This document shows, in pieces, positions 21,415 to 28,940 of a DNA stretch of 64,000 bases. The stretch comes from an uncultured Candidatus Saccharibacteria bacterium (GTDB taxonomy: Bacteria > Patescibacteriota > Minisyncoccia > Phycocordibacterales > UBA2100). Position 1 is the stretch's first letter. Each line of letters opens with the position of its first letter. Both the position numbers and the translations under genes were made by a program. The notes under the pieces are model-generated. The model did no database searches. It was not told where the DNA came from and saw nothing but the letters and a program-made list of their open reading frames with translations. The stretch is taken from the NCBI GenBank assembly GCA_964399865.1, contig CAYNRJ010000001.1, positions 394,050 to 458,049 of the forward strand, written 5' to 3'.

Positions 21415-22566
21415 CTAGGATTGTTTCAACTTGCGCAAGACCAACCCTACTGAAACCGCAAACCCAGGACCGATTTCGCGAAGCACATCTCCGAGGAATG
21501 CTGGGGCTTCTGTCCGAGCGAACGGATCAGCTACCTCCACTTCCGCGTGTAAAGAGGTTTTTGCTGCCTCAGCAATTCCGGGCAAGGATGCGCCACCGCC
21601 CGAAAGAATGACGCGTGCCACGTTTTTGTTATATCGCTGCCCGTAACTCAATAGTACCCGATTTACTTCACCAAAAACACGCTCAAGTGTTGATAACAGT
21701 GATGTCTTGATGCGTTCGTTCTCATCCGTTGAGTATGCTTCCGAATTATTTAATCCTCGTTCGCGTTTTACGCGCTCTGCCTTTTCAAAATCCCACTCAA
21801 GCGATCGTGAAAGTACTTCTGTCATCTGTTGACCGCCCACAGTGATGAGGTGTGTGAGCCGAACGATCCCTCGTTCGACGACGTACATCTTCGTCGTTGC
21901 GGCGCCTAAGTCGACGACCATGACAGGAGCTATGCCATGACCGAGCGAAGAGCGCACAACGCTAAATATTTCTATTTCATAAAAATCTGAAGTGAGCCCG
22001 GCGTCGGCAACCGTTGTCTGTAGATTCTCCACAGTACTGTTGTGTATCGCAACAAGGAGTACCTCTTGGCCGTTTGGGTGAACAGGGCCTGGGCCAACTC
22101 TATCGAACGCGCTCGACTCCCCTTCTTCTTCAGGGATTGGAAACCAATCAAGAGTGACTTCAGAAATGGGTACCGGGATATATTTGCGAGCTTCGATCGG
22201 GATAATGCGCTTCAGAGATTCTTTGTCGACCTTTGGGAGATCAAGGATCGAAATAAGGCTCGAGGAGAACGGTATGGAGATGCCGCCAGTTGTTGCGGTG
22301 ACATTCGCCTCTTTCATAAGATCCCGAAGAGCCTCCGCAGTCTTTTCAGGAGAAAGCTTCACTACCTTACCAATCGGTTGTCCCCCATACGGACCAAGTG
22401 CTATCTCACCATACGTCTCTAAGACTGCCGCACCGCGAGAAGCGCGCAGTTGGACGATCTTTGCTGAGCTTGATCCGATATCAACTCCAAAAATACTACC
22501 CTCAGCACCTCCGCCACCGAGTGCGGATGAAAACTTCTTCCCGAAACCTCCAAAAGAGAACGCCAT
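21415..22566 (-). CDS. pilM: Type IV pilus assembly protein PilM (actin-like ATPase fold)
   Basis: IFGVDIGSSSAKIVQL phosphate-1 motif. 383 aa. First gene of the operon. Confidence 0.82.
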   Translation of the reverse strand: MAFSFGGFGKKFSSALGGGGAEGSIFGVDIGSSSAKIVQLRASRGAAVLETYGEIALGPYGGQPIGKVVKLSPEKTAEALRDLMKEANVTATTGGISIPFSSSLISILDLPKVDKESLKRIIPIEARKYIPVPISEVTLDWFPIPEEEGESSAFDRVGPGPVHPNGQEVLLVAIHNSTVENLQTTVADAGLTSDFYEIEIFSVVRSSLGHGIAPVMVVDLGAATTKMYVVERGIVRLTHLITVGGQQMTEVLSRSLEWDFEKAERVKRERGLNNSEAYSTDENERIKTSLLSTLERVFGEVNRVLLSYGQRYNKNVARVILSGGGASLPGIAEAAKTSLHAEVEVADPFARTEAPAFLGDVLREIGPGFAVSVGLVLRKLKQS

Positions 22567-22613
22567 TGCTTATATAGTATAACGCACATTACGGAGCAGC
22601 TTGGCAAGATTCT

Positions 22614-22994
22614 TCATAATACATCTATCTTCGCTGCGAGAATGAAGTCGTTCTCAGAAAGGCCCTTGATCGAGTGGGTAGAAAGTTCAACTCGCACCTT
22701 CCCCCACCCTACAAATAGGTCTGGATGATGCCCTTCGTGTTCTGCGACAGGTGTAATCTTGTTTGCAAACTCCATTGCCGTAACGAAATCTTTGAATTTG
22801 AAGGATTTGGATATTTTCTTTCCATCTTCCGAGAGCGTCCACCGCTGGACCTGCGCGAGAAATTCCTCGGCTTCTGAATACGTAAGCGGCACTGCACCAA
22901 CCTCGCACGGAACGCAACGTTTCTGAGATAAATCCATGGCAAAATTATACCGTATGGGCATATTCAATGTATTGAATATCGCACTTGATGCCAT
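22614..22994 (-). CDS. Pterin-4a-carbinolamine dehydratase (PCD/DCoH)
   Basis: EHEGHHPDL signature of 4a-hydroxytetrahydrobiopterin dehydratase. Confidence 0.8.
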   Translation of the reverse strand: MASSAIFNTLNMPIRYNFAMDLSQKRCVPCEVGAVPLTYSEAEEFLAQVQRWTLSEDGKKISKSFKFKDFVTAMEFANKITPVAEHEGHHPDLFVGWGKVRVELSTHSIKGLSENDFILAAKIDVL

Positions 22995-23601
22995 CCTGCC
23001 GCGAAGAGAACGTCGTGCTCGGACTGAGTCACGAACTTTTTCAGATATCCCCCTCTCACCAGCATCTCACCAACTTCTTGGATCAGAAATCCAAACAGTG
23101 ATGGATTATCGCCAGAGTACCGTCGAAGATTTAATACGTTCACTTAAGTACGATAAATCCGGACACGCCGCAAAGCTGTGCGCCGCTGCTCTTGAAGATT
23201 ATCTGCGAGAGGAAATCTCTTCGCTTCGTGCGTTTTCTCCGCGAAGGATCCTCCTTATTCCCATACCACTCCACGCAGATCGACATACAGAGCGAGGATT
23301 CAATCAAATAGAAGCTGTTTTGAAACACTTACCGCGGGAATTCCATAACGGTCAATTGTCGTTCGTGACTCCTGCGCTAAAACGCATCCGCGCGACAAAA
23401 CAACAGACCCACCTCTCCCGGGACGAGCGACTTCGCAATGTCGAGAACGCATTTGAAATCCCCTACCCATCGTCCCTTGCAGATTCGCATGTATTCTTGA
23501 TTGACGATGTAACGACAACCGGGGCGACCCTCGTTGAAGCGGGAAAATCGTTCAAAAAAAATGAAATACCTGTCACCCTCCTGGCGCTCGGTAGAGCGTG
23601 A
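22936..23601 (+). CDS. comF: ComF/ComFC-family phosphoribosyltransferase-like competence protein. The start may be an internal Met.
   Basis: C-terminal PRTase motif VFLIDDVTTTGATL. Divergent from the pilus operon. Confidence 0.75.
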   Translation: MAKLYRMGIFNVLNIALDAILPRRERRARTESRTFSDIPLSPASHQLLGSEIQTVMDYRQSTVEDLIRSLKYDKSGHAAKLCAAALEDYLREEISSLRAFSPRRILLIPIPLHADRHTERGFNQIEAVLKHLPREFHNGQLSFVTPALKRIRATKQQTHLSRDERLRNVENAFEIPYPSSLADSHVFLIDDVTTTGATLVEAGKSFKKNEIPVTLLALGRA

Positions 23602-23635
23602 AAAAGAAGGCCGGATGTGCTACTTTGAGCACTCT

Positions 23636-23723
23636 GGAGGGATGCGTGAGCGGTTAAACGAACAGGTTGCTAACCTGTGAGCCCTTTAAAAAGGCTCCGT
23701 GGGTTCGAATCCCACTCCCTCCG
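23636..23723 (+). tRNA. tRNA-Ser (anticodon GCT) with a long variable arm
   Basis: GGAGGGA acceptor, anticodon stem ACAGG/CCTGT with loop TTGCTAA, variable stem GAGCC..GGCTC, T-arm GTGGGTTCGAATCCCAC. Confidence 0.9.
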
Positions 23724-23757
23724 CAGGAAATACGTACTGACCGGTCGAGAATCTTTC

Positions 23758-24285
23758 ATGAATATAACGCTCATAGGAATGCCGGGTTCGGGAAAGTCAT
23801 TCGTCGGAAAACAACTTGCAGAACATCTTGGGTTTACCCTGATAGAAACAGATAAAATTATTGAGCGAGAATTCAATCTCCCTCTACAGCAAGTTGCCGA
23901 AAAGTTAGGCAACGAGGCATTCTTAGATAAAGAGGCAGAAACTGTAATAAAAAGTACCTATGCTCGGAAGAACATTGTGGTGTCCCCGGGGGGCAGCGTC
24001 ATCTACCGTCAGGAGACAATGTATCATCTGAAGAAATTATCGAGAGTATTTTATCTGAACGTACCATTAGAAATTCTCGAAAGAAGGGTGGGGAATGTTC
24101 CGCGCGGTATCATCATAACGGAAAACAAGACCTTTGCTGACCTATACACGGAACGCACACCTATATATGAAGCGTCCGCTGATTATGTATTGAATGGTAA
24201 CCATGATCCCGAAGTTATAGTTAAAGAGATTTTATCGAAGATAGACCCCGGTGATGGATTGAGTACAATGACGGTCCATGGCTAA
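23758..24285 (+). CDS. aroK: Shikimate kinase
   Basis: MNITLIGMPGSGKSFVGKQLA Walker A and SPGGSV lid. The ORF in the track starts earlier only because it reads through the tRNA. Confidence 0.85.
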   Translation: MNITLIGMPGSGKSFVGKQLAEHLGFTLIETDKIIEREFNLPLQQVAEKLGNEAFLDKEAETVIKSTYARKNIVVSPGGSVIYRQETMYHLKKLSRVFYLNVPLEILERRVGNVPRGIIITENKTFADLYTERTPIYEASADYVLNGNHDPEVIVKEILSKIDPGDGLSTMTVHG

Positions 24286-25591
24286 AAGGTACTACGGGAC
24301 GCAGACGGAGAAAGCGAGCCAGAACTTCCCCTTTGATTTTCGTTGCACCTACAAAGAACTACTGTATTCAATCGCTGAGATAAAGAAGGCTGCAACGCGA
24401 GCGCACGCGGCGGCAGGAGAACTCGATACTACTCGCGCACATGCAATTGTAGAAGCGTGCGATGAGATCTTGGCAGGAAAACTTGATGATCAATTCATAC
24501 TCCCCTCCTTTCAGGGCGGCATGGGAACCTCGAACCACATGAATGCGAACGAGGTGATTGCAAATCGTGCAACGGAAATTCTCGGAAAGAAAAACATCGC
24601 CGTTCACCAGAATGATCACGTGAACATGTCGCACTCGACGAACGACGTGATGCCGTCGGCGCTAAAGATCACTGCAATTCGTCTCACAGAAAGACTTCTA
24701 GTATCCCTCGATCTTCTTATCGCTACCTTTGAAAAGAAAGGTAAGCAATTTTCCAATATTCCGAAACTCGGTCGCACACACATGCAAGATGCGGTCCCGA
24801 CAACTCTCGGCGCAGAATTCGCTGCCTATGCAGAATGCCTCAAAAGAGGACGAACTAGAATTGAACACTCTCAAAGAGAACTCCATGAACTAAATCTCGG
24901 AGGAAGCGCGATTGGCAACTCTATAAATGTCTCGCCCAAATATTTGAAACTGCTGTATGCGGAATTAAAAAAGGTAACGAAACTTCCACTACACCCTGCA
25001 AAGAATTTAATGTCTCAAACAGGGAGCGCGACTGATTTCGTCGTCCTGTCACAATCTCTCACTGCTCTTTGCGTTGACCTCTCGAAGATCGCTGGAGATT
25101 TTCGCATTCTCTCAAGTGGACCAAAGGGTGGTATCGGCGAGATCGTTCTTCCTGAACTACAAGCAGGCTCTTCCATAATGCCTGGAAAAGTGAACCCCGT
25201 GCTTCCTGAGGCACTCTCACAGCTCTACTATCTCGTCTCTGGTAACAACCTCACCATTGAACACGCCGCTCACGGCTCACAGCTCGAACTTGCGGTCATG
25301 ATGCCAATAATCACCGACCGACTTATAGAGTCGCTCAAGCTCTCGCAAGAGATGATAGAGCAGTTTGCTAAAAAGTGTGTCGCGATCGCAGAGCCAAACC
25401 GGGCGAGGATTAAGGAACATCTCGAGAACTCGACCGCCTACGCTACCCTCCTTAGCCCCATCATTGGCTACGATGCCGCGGCCACATGCGTAAAAGAGGC
25501 GGTTAAATCAGGAAAGACTCTGCGAGAAATCGTCCTGGAGAAAAAGCTCCTTACGCCTAAGGAATTCGACGCAATAGTGAGCGCATTTTAG
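24278..25591 (+). CDS. Aspartate ammonia-lyase / class II fumarate hydratase family lyase
   Basis: Fumarate-lyase signature GSSIMPGKVNP. N-terminal blocks align to E. coli AspA/FumC (QGGMGTSNHMNANEV, NDHVNMSHSTND). Confidence 0.85.
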   Translation: MAKRYYGTQTEKASQNFPFDFRCTYKELLYSIAEIKKAATRAHAAAGELDTTRAHAIVEACDEILAGKLDDQFILPSFQGGMGTSNHMNANEVIANRATEILGKKNIAVHQNDHVNMSHSTNDVMPSALKITAIRLTERLLVSLDLLIATFEKKGKQFSNIPKLGRTHMQDAVPTTLGAEFAAYAECLKRGRTRIEHSQRELHELNLGGSAIGNSINVSPKYLKLLYAELKKVTKLPLHPAKNLMSQTGSATDFVVLSQSLTALCVDLSKIAGDFRILSSGPKGGIGEIVLPELQAGSSIMPGKVNPVLPEALSQLYYLVSGNNLTIEHAAHGSQLELAVMMPIITDRLIESLKLSQEMIEQFAKKCVAIAEPNRARIKEHLENSTAYATLLSPIIGYDAAATCVKEAVKSGKTLREIVLEKKLLTPKEFDAIVSAF

Positions 25592-25726
25592 ACAGAAAGC
25601 TCTTCCACACCTTACAAAATAGTTGGTTTGACACGTGGTACACTTTCTGGAGTAGTCGATTTACCAGCCCTCAAGCTAGCCTTCACCTGTATGAACGGAG
25701 GACATTAAGATGATCGTTTTGTTTTG

Positions 25727-25757
25727 AAAGAGACAGCTTGAAAAGAGCTGTCTCTTT
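25727..25757 (+). terminator. Hairpin between the lyase gene and the ATP-grasp gene. Possible terminator/attenuator overlapping the stop of a 5-codon uORF.
   Basis: aaagagacagc-ttgaaaaga-gctgtctcttt followed by gcgtttctc. Confidence 0.45.
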
Positions 25758-25769
25758 GCGTTTCTCACT

Positions 25770-26963
25770 ATGGCAACTCTTCCCGAACCACATTCTCAGA
25801 AAATCGCGTGCCCGTACTGCGGAGACGCTCCGATGAGTCATTACCTCTTTTTCCTGGGCAGTTTATTTTCTGTCGTATTTGATGGACATGTGCTCCGAGT
25901 CTCAAAGTTCGCGCCCACATTCCTTCGAGACTTTGCAGATTGGACTCTTAAACTTTCCTTTTCGATATTCTTACTTTTAAAACTGGCCACGCTCTCCTCT
26001 GATATTGATAAGACCGTTACGTTTCGCTCGCGAGTTATATGGGAAGAAGCGAGAAGACGCGGTATAGAGATGCAGCAGTTAATTCTTCTCGGGAAACCCA
26101 CCGACCACTACCGTGCGAAGAAAAATGGAAAGACGCTTTATTTTAATAGTCTCCCTATCCCCCAACGACTCATCAATTCAAAGAAAAGCTGGGATGATAA
26201 GTTCGTCTTGAAAAACGAATTCACCAAAGCCAACATTCCTGTTCCTCAGTATATTCAGTTCTCTATTTTTAGGCCACGAAACATAGCCGCACTCTTCCGA
26301 GTCCTCAGGAAACCTCTCATAGTAAAGCCACGAGTCGGCTCTCGCGGCAGGCACACGGTGACTAACATCCATACCGTTGAAGAATTTAAATCTGCAATCA
26401 AAATTGCCAAGAAACTGTGCCCGTACCTCATGGCCGAAGAGCATCTTAACGGGGATGTCTGCCGCGCGACGTTCGTGAACGATGAGCTTATGGGATTTTA
26501 TAGAGCCTCCGTTCCGTACGTAATAGGAGATGGTAAGAAAACCGTACGCGAGCTCATAGATGAAAAAGATAAAGTTCGCCCCGAGCGTGTTGAAAAAATT
26601 GTTATTACAGAGGAAGTAGAGAGTCAGATAAAACGTGCGGGATATGGAATGAATTCTGCACTACCCCCTAGTGTGCGTCTCCCCCTTTCTCATCGCACAG
26701 GCAGATTTTTCGGAGGAGCAACAAAAGAAATGCTGGACGAATTGCACCCAAGTTTTATTCCTGTTCTGAAACGCGCTGCAGAAATTGTGCAATTACCTGT
26801 TATTGGCTTCGACTGCATTATTCCGGATCCCACTCGTGACGCCAATACTCAGCGTTGGGGCATCATCGAATGCAATACCCTGCCTTTCATCGACCTTCAT
26901 TACTACGCACTCGAAGGAAAACCGAAAAATATCGCGGGGGCCGTGTGGGATTTGTGGCAGTAA
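25770..26963 (+). CDS. ATP-grasp ligase, cyanophycin-synthetase-like N-terminal type
   Basis: ATP-grasp core (IVKPRVGSRGRHTV, GDGKKTVRELIDEKDKVRPER resembling CphA). No Mur-ligase domain. Unusual ~100-aa N-terminal region with CPYCGD. Confidence 0.65.
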   Translation: MATLPEPHSQKIACPYCGDAPMSHYLFFLGSLFSVVFDGHVLRVSKFAPTFLRDFADWTLKLSFSIFLLLKLATLSSDIDKTVTFRSRVIWEEARRRGIEMQQLILLGKPTDHYRAKKNGKTLYFNSLPIPQRLINSKKSWDDKFVLKNEFTKANIPVPQYIQFSIFRPRNIAALFRVLRKPLIVKPRVGSRGRHTVTNIHTVEEFKSAIKIAKKLCPYLMAEEHLNGDVCRATFVNDELMGFYRASVPYVIGDGKKTVRELIDEKDKVRPERVEKIVITEEVESQIKRAGYGMNSALPPSVRLPLSHRTGRFFGGATKEMLDELHPSFIPVLKRAAEIVQLPVIGFDCIIPDPTRDANTQRWGIIECNTLPFIDLHYYALEGKPKNIAGAVWDLWQ

Positions 26964-27052
26964 GTGCAAAAATTCGGGCTGTGGATTACCGCTTGCAGTC
27001 TTCATGAAGAGCGTACAATTGCGGTATTAATTCGCTAACCTACACCGCTCGT

Positions 27053-28132
27053 ATGAAAAAACTCTTCACGGGGTTTGCGCTCGTAGCAGTTGTCGGTATT
27101 CTCTTTAGCAGCCTTCCCTCCTCAGCATCGGCCCAGTCTGACCGGAGTCGACCTGACAGTGCGGCAGGACGTATTGATGCCCGCCTAATGTCCGTAACAG
27201 AGCGACTATGTGATCAACTCTCGATGCTTATACAAAGAGGTTTGCCGATAACTCTGCCGGGTGTTTGCAATCCAGTGCCTCCTCCAATCGATATGTGCCC
27301 AAATGTGCCAGGCACACAACAAATGACTGAAGGTCAGTGCGCTGATATTGAATGTGTAGAAGATGGTGGGTCATGGAATGGAAGCTCTTGTGTAATGCCT
27401 CCTCCCCCAATTGATGTTTGTCCGAATATACCAGGAGATCAAGCGACGGGTCCGTGTGCCGATATCGAGTGTGCAGTAAATGGTGGTACGTGGGACGGTG
27501 AAGATTGTGTCATGCCACCACCGCCTCCAATTGATATATGCCTTAACGTTCCGGGCGTACAGGAAGAGTCTCCCTGCCTTGATGTGGTCTGTGTAGAGGT
27601 GGGAGGTATGTGGAATGGCTCGTCATGCGATATGCCACCCCCACCCGAAGAAGGAGGTGTGTTCATTAATGAAATAGCATGGATGGGCAGTATGGTAGAC
27701 GGCGCCTCAAATACAAACGCCGAGTGGGTGGAATTGAGAAATACAGGAACTGAAGCAGTCGATCTCATCGGATGGGCAATCATCGCAATGGATGGGGCGC
27801 CTAACATTCAGGTGGTTAATGCTTGCACAAATACAATCATTCAACCTGGCGGATTTTATCTGTTCGCGCGTACCAGTAGTGTCTACGGTGTGTCTGCGGA
27901 TTGTACCTATTCTAGTCCAATGAGTAACGATGGAGAATTTCTAACGCTATTCGACCCAGAGGGCACCGCAATAGACGCTGTCGACGGTGGTAATGGCTGG
28001 GCAATCGGGGGAACTCCTCAAAAAGGAAATAACGGCACAAAAGACACAGCTCAGCGCAGCAACACGGGGGAATGGTTTACCGCGTCCCCTACTCCACGAG
28101 CAGAAAACGCACCAAACGCATCTGAAAACTAA
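27053..28132 (+). CDS. Secreted protein with four tandem ~40-aa Cys4 repeats and a C-terminal lamin-tail domain (LTD)
   Basis: Signal peptide. Repeats PPPID-C-PN-PG-Q...C-DIEC-..GG-W-G-C-M x4. C-terminal LTD pattern VFINEIAW...EWVELRNTG...DLIGW. Confidence 0.75.
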   Translation: MKKLFTGFALVAVVGILFSSLPSSASAQSDRSRPDSAAGRIDARLMSVTERLCDQLSMLIQRGLPITLPGVCNPVPPPIDMCPNVPGTQQMTEGQCADIECVEDGGSWNGSSCVMPPPPIDVCPNIPGDQATGPCADIECAVNGGTWDGEDCVMPPPPPIDICLNVPGVQEESPCLDVVCVEVGGMWNGSSCDMPPPPEEGGVFINEIAWMGSMVDGASNTNAEWVELRNTGTEAVDLIGWAIIAMDGAPNIQVVNACTNTIIQPGGFYLFARTSSVYGVSADCTYSSPMSNDGEFLTLFDPEGTAIDAVDGGNGWAIGGTPQKGNNGTKDTAQRSNTGEWFTASPTPRAENAPNASEN

Positions 28133-28133
28133 T

Positions 28134-28469
28134 TTACAAGACCTTATCGATCAACCAGGTAAGGAGAGATAGGACGAGTGCACCAATGAGCGCAGGAATT
28201 AATCCGGCGACGGTAAACCCTGGAACAACCCATTGCATCGCATAGAAAAGAAATGCATTCAAGACAATTGAAAAGAGTCCAAATGTTATGAGGGTGATCG
28301 GAAATGTAAGGACGCGAAGCACGGGCCTAATCACCATGACGATGACGGACCACACAAGCGCTACGACAAGCAGTGTCATCCATCCACCAACAATATCGAC
28401 TCCGGGAACAAGACTCACCGTGAGATACACAGCCGCAACGGTGCCAAGGAATTTGAGTACGAGATGCAT
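28134..28469 (-). CDS. DUF360 / phage-holin-4-like four-helix membrane protein
   Basis: 111 aa. Resembles YvlD/DUF360 proteins (GGWMTLLVVALVWSVIV...TFPITLITFGLFSIV). Confidence 0.7.
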   Translation of the reverse strand: MHLVLKFLGTVAAVYLTVSLVPGVDIVGGWMTLLVVALVWSVIVMVIRPVLRVLTFPITLITFGLFSIVLNAFLFYAMQWVVPGFTVAGLIPALIGALVLSLLTWLIDKVL

Positions 28470-28510
28470 TTCCCTATTCTAACTCACTTTTAAAGAAACT
28501 CGTCGAGGCG

Positions 28511-28645
28511 TGTGTTTGACGGAGCCTAGCGAAGGCGTCGTCTGCCGACCCCGGACATCGAGCTCGAGGAATTTTTCAGCAGAAAAATATCCGTGCTCCG
28601 GAGAATACATGCCGAGAAAGAGTTTCGCCTCCCCTACTCCCACGC
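28511..28645. repeat. ~130-nt non-coding element, copy A. Copy B is at 49019-49135.
   Basis: 51 nt identical in both copies (gagctcgaggaatttttcagcagaaaaatatccgtgctccggagaatacat). The flanks gtgtttgacggag.ctagcga and ccga.aaagagttt are also shared. Confidence 0.6.
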
Positions 28646-28940
28646 CTTCTCATCCGTCTCCTCTATTCCAGAGCCAATGAGAGGATCGTCTTCGTCTTCT
28701 GCGGTTTCATCAAGGACCTCTTCAACAGCGGCGTCGGGAAGGTCCGCCAAGTCCTTTTCCTTATCATCGTCGTCGTGATGTACCATAAATATTGAAAAAT
28801 AATGTTTCTAGGCCGAACACGACTATCTTACTAATCCAATATCGCTGTGCAAGTTGCCTACATCGGCGCTGTGTATAACTCTTCGCTCGGAAGATTCCCC
28901 GTCCCTCCGCTCCCGAAAAGGAATACTATACAATGCCCAC

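Noticed and set aside
28470-28940. Possibility that repeat copy A is the 5' leader of recG on the plus strand
   Set aside because: Copy B has no plus-strand gene downstream. Both copies are instead 5' of minus-strand membrane-protein genes. That shared context is the more consistent explanation.
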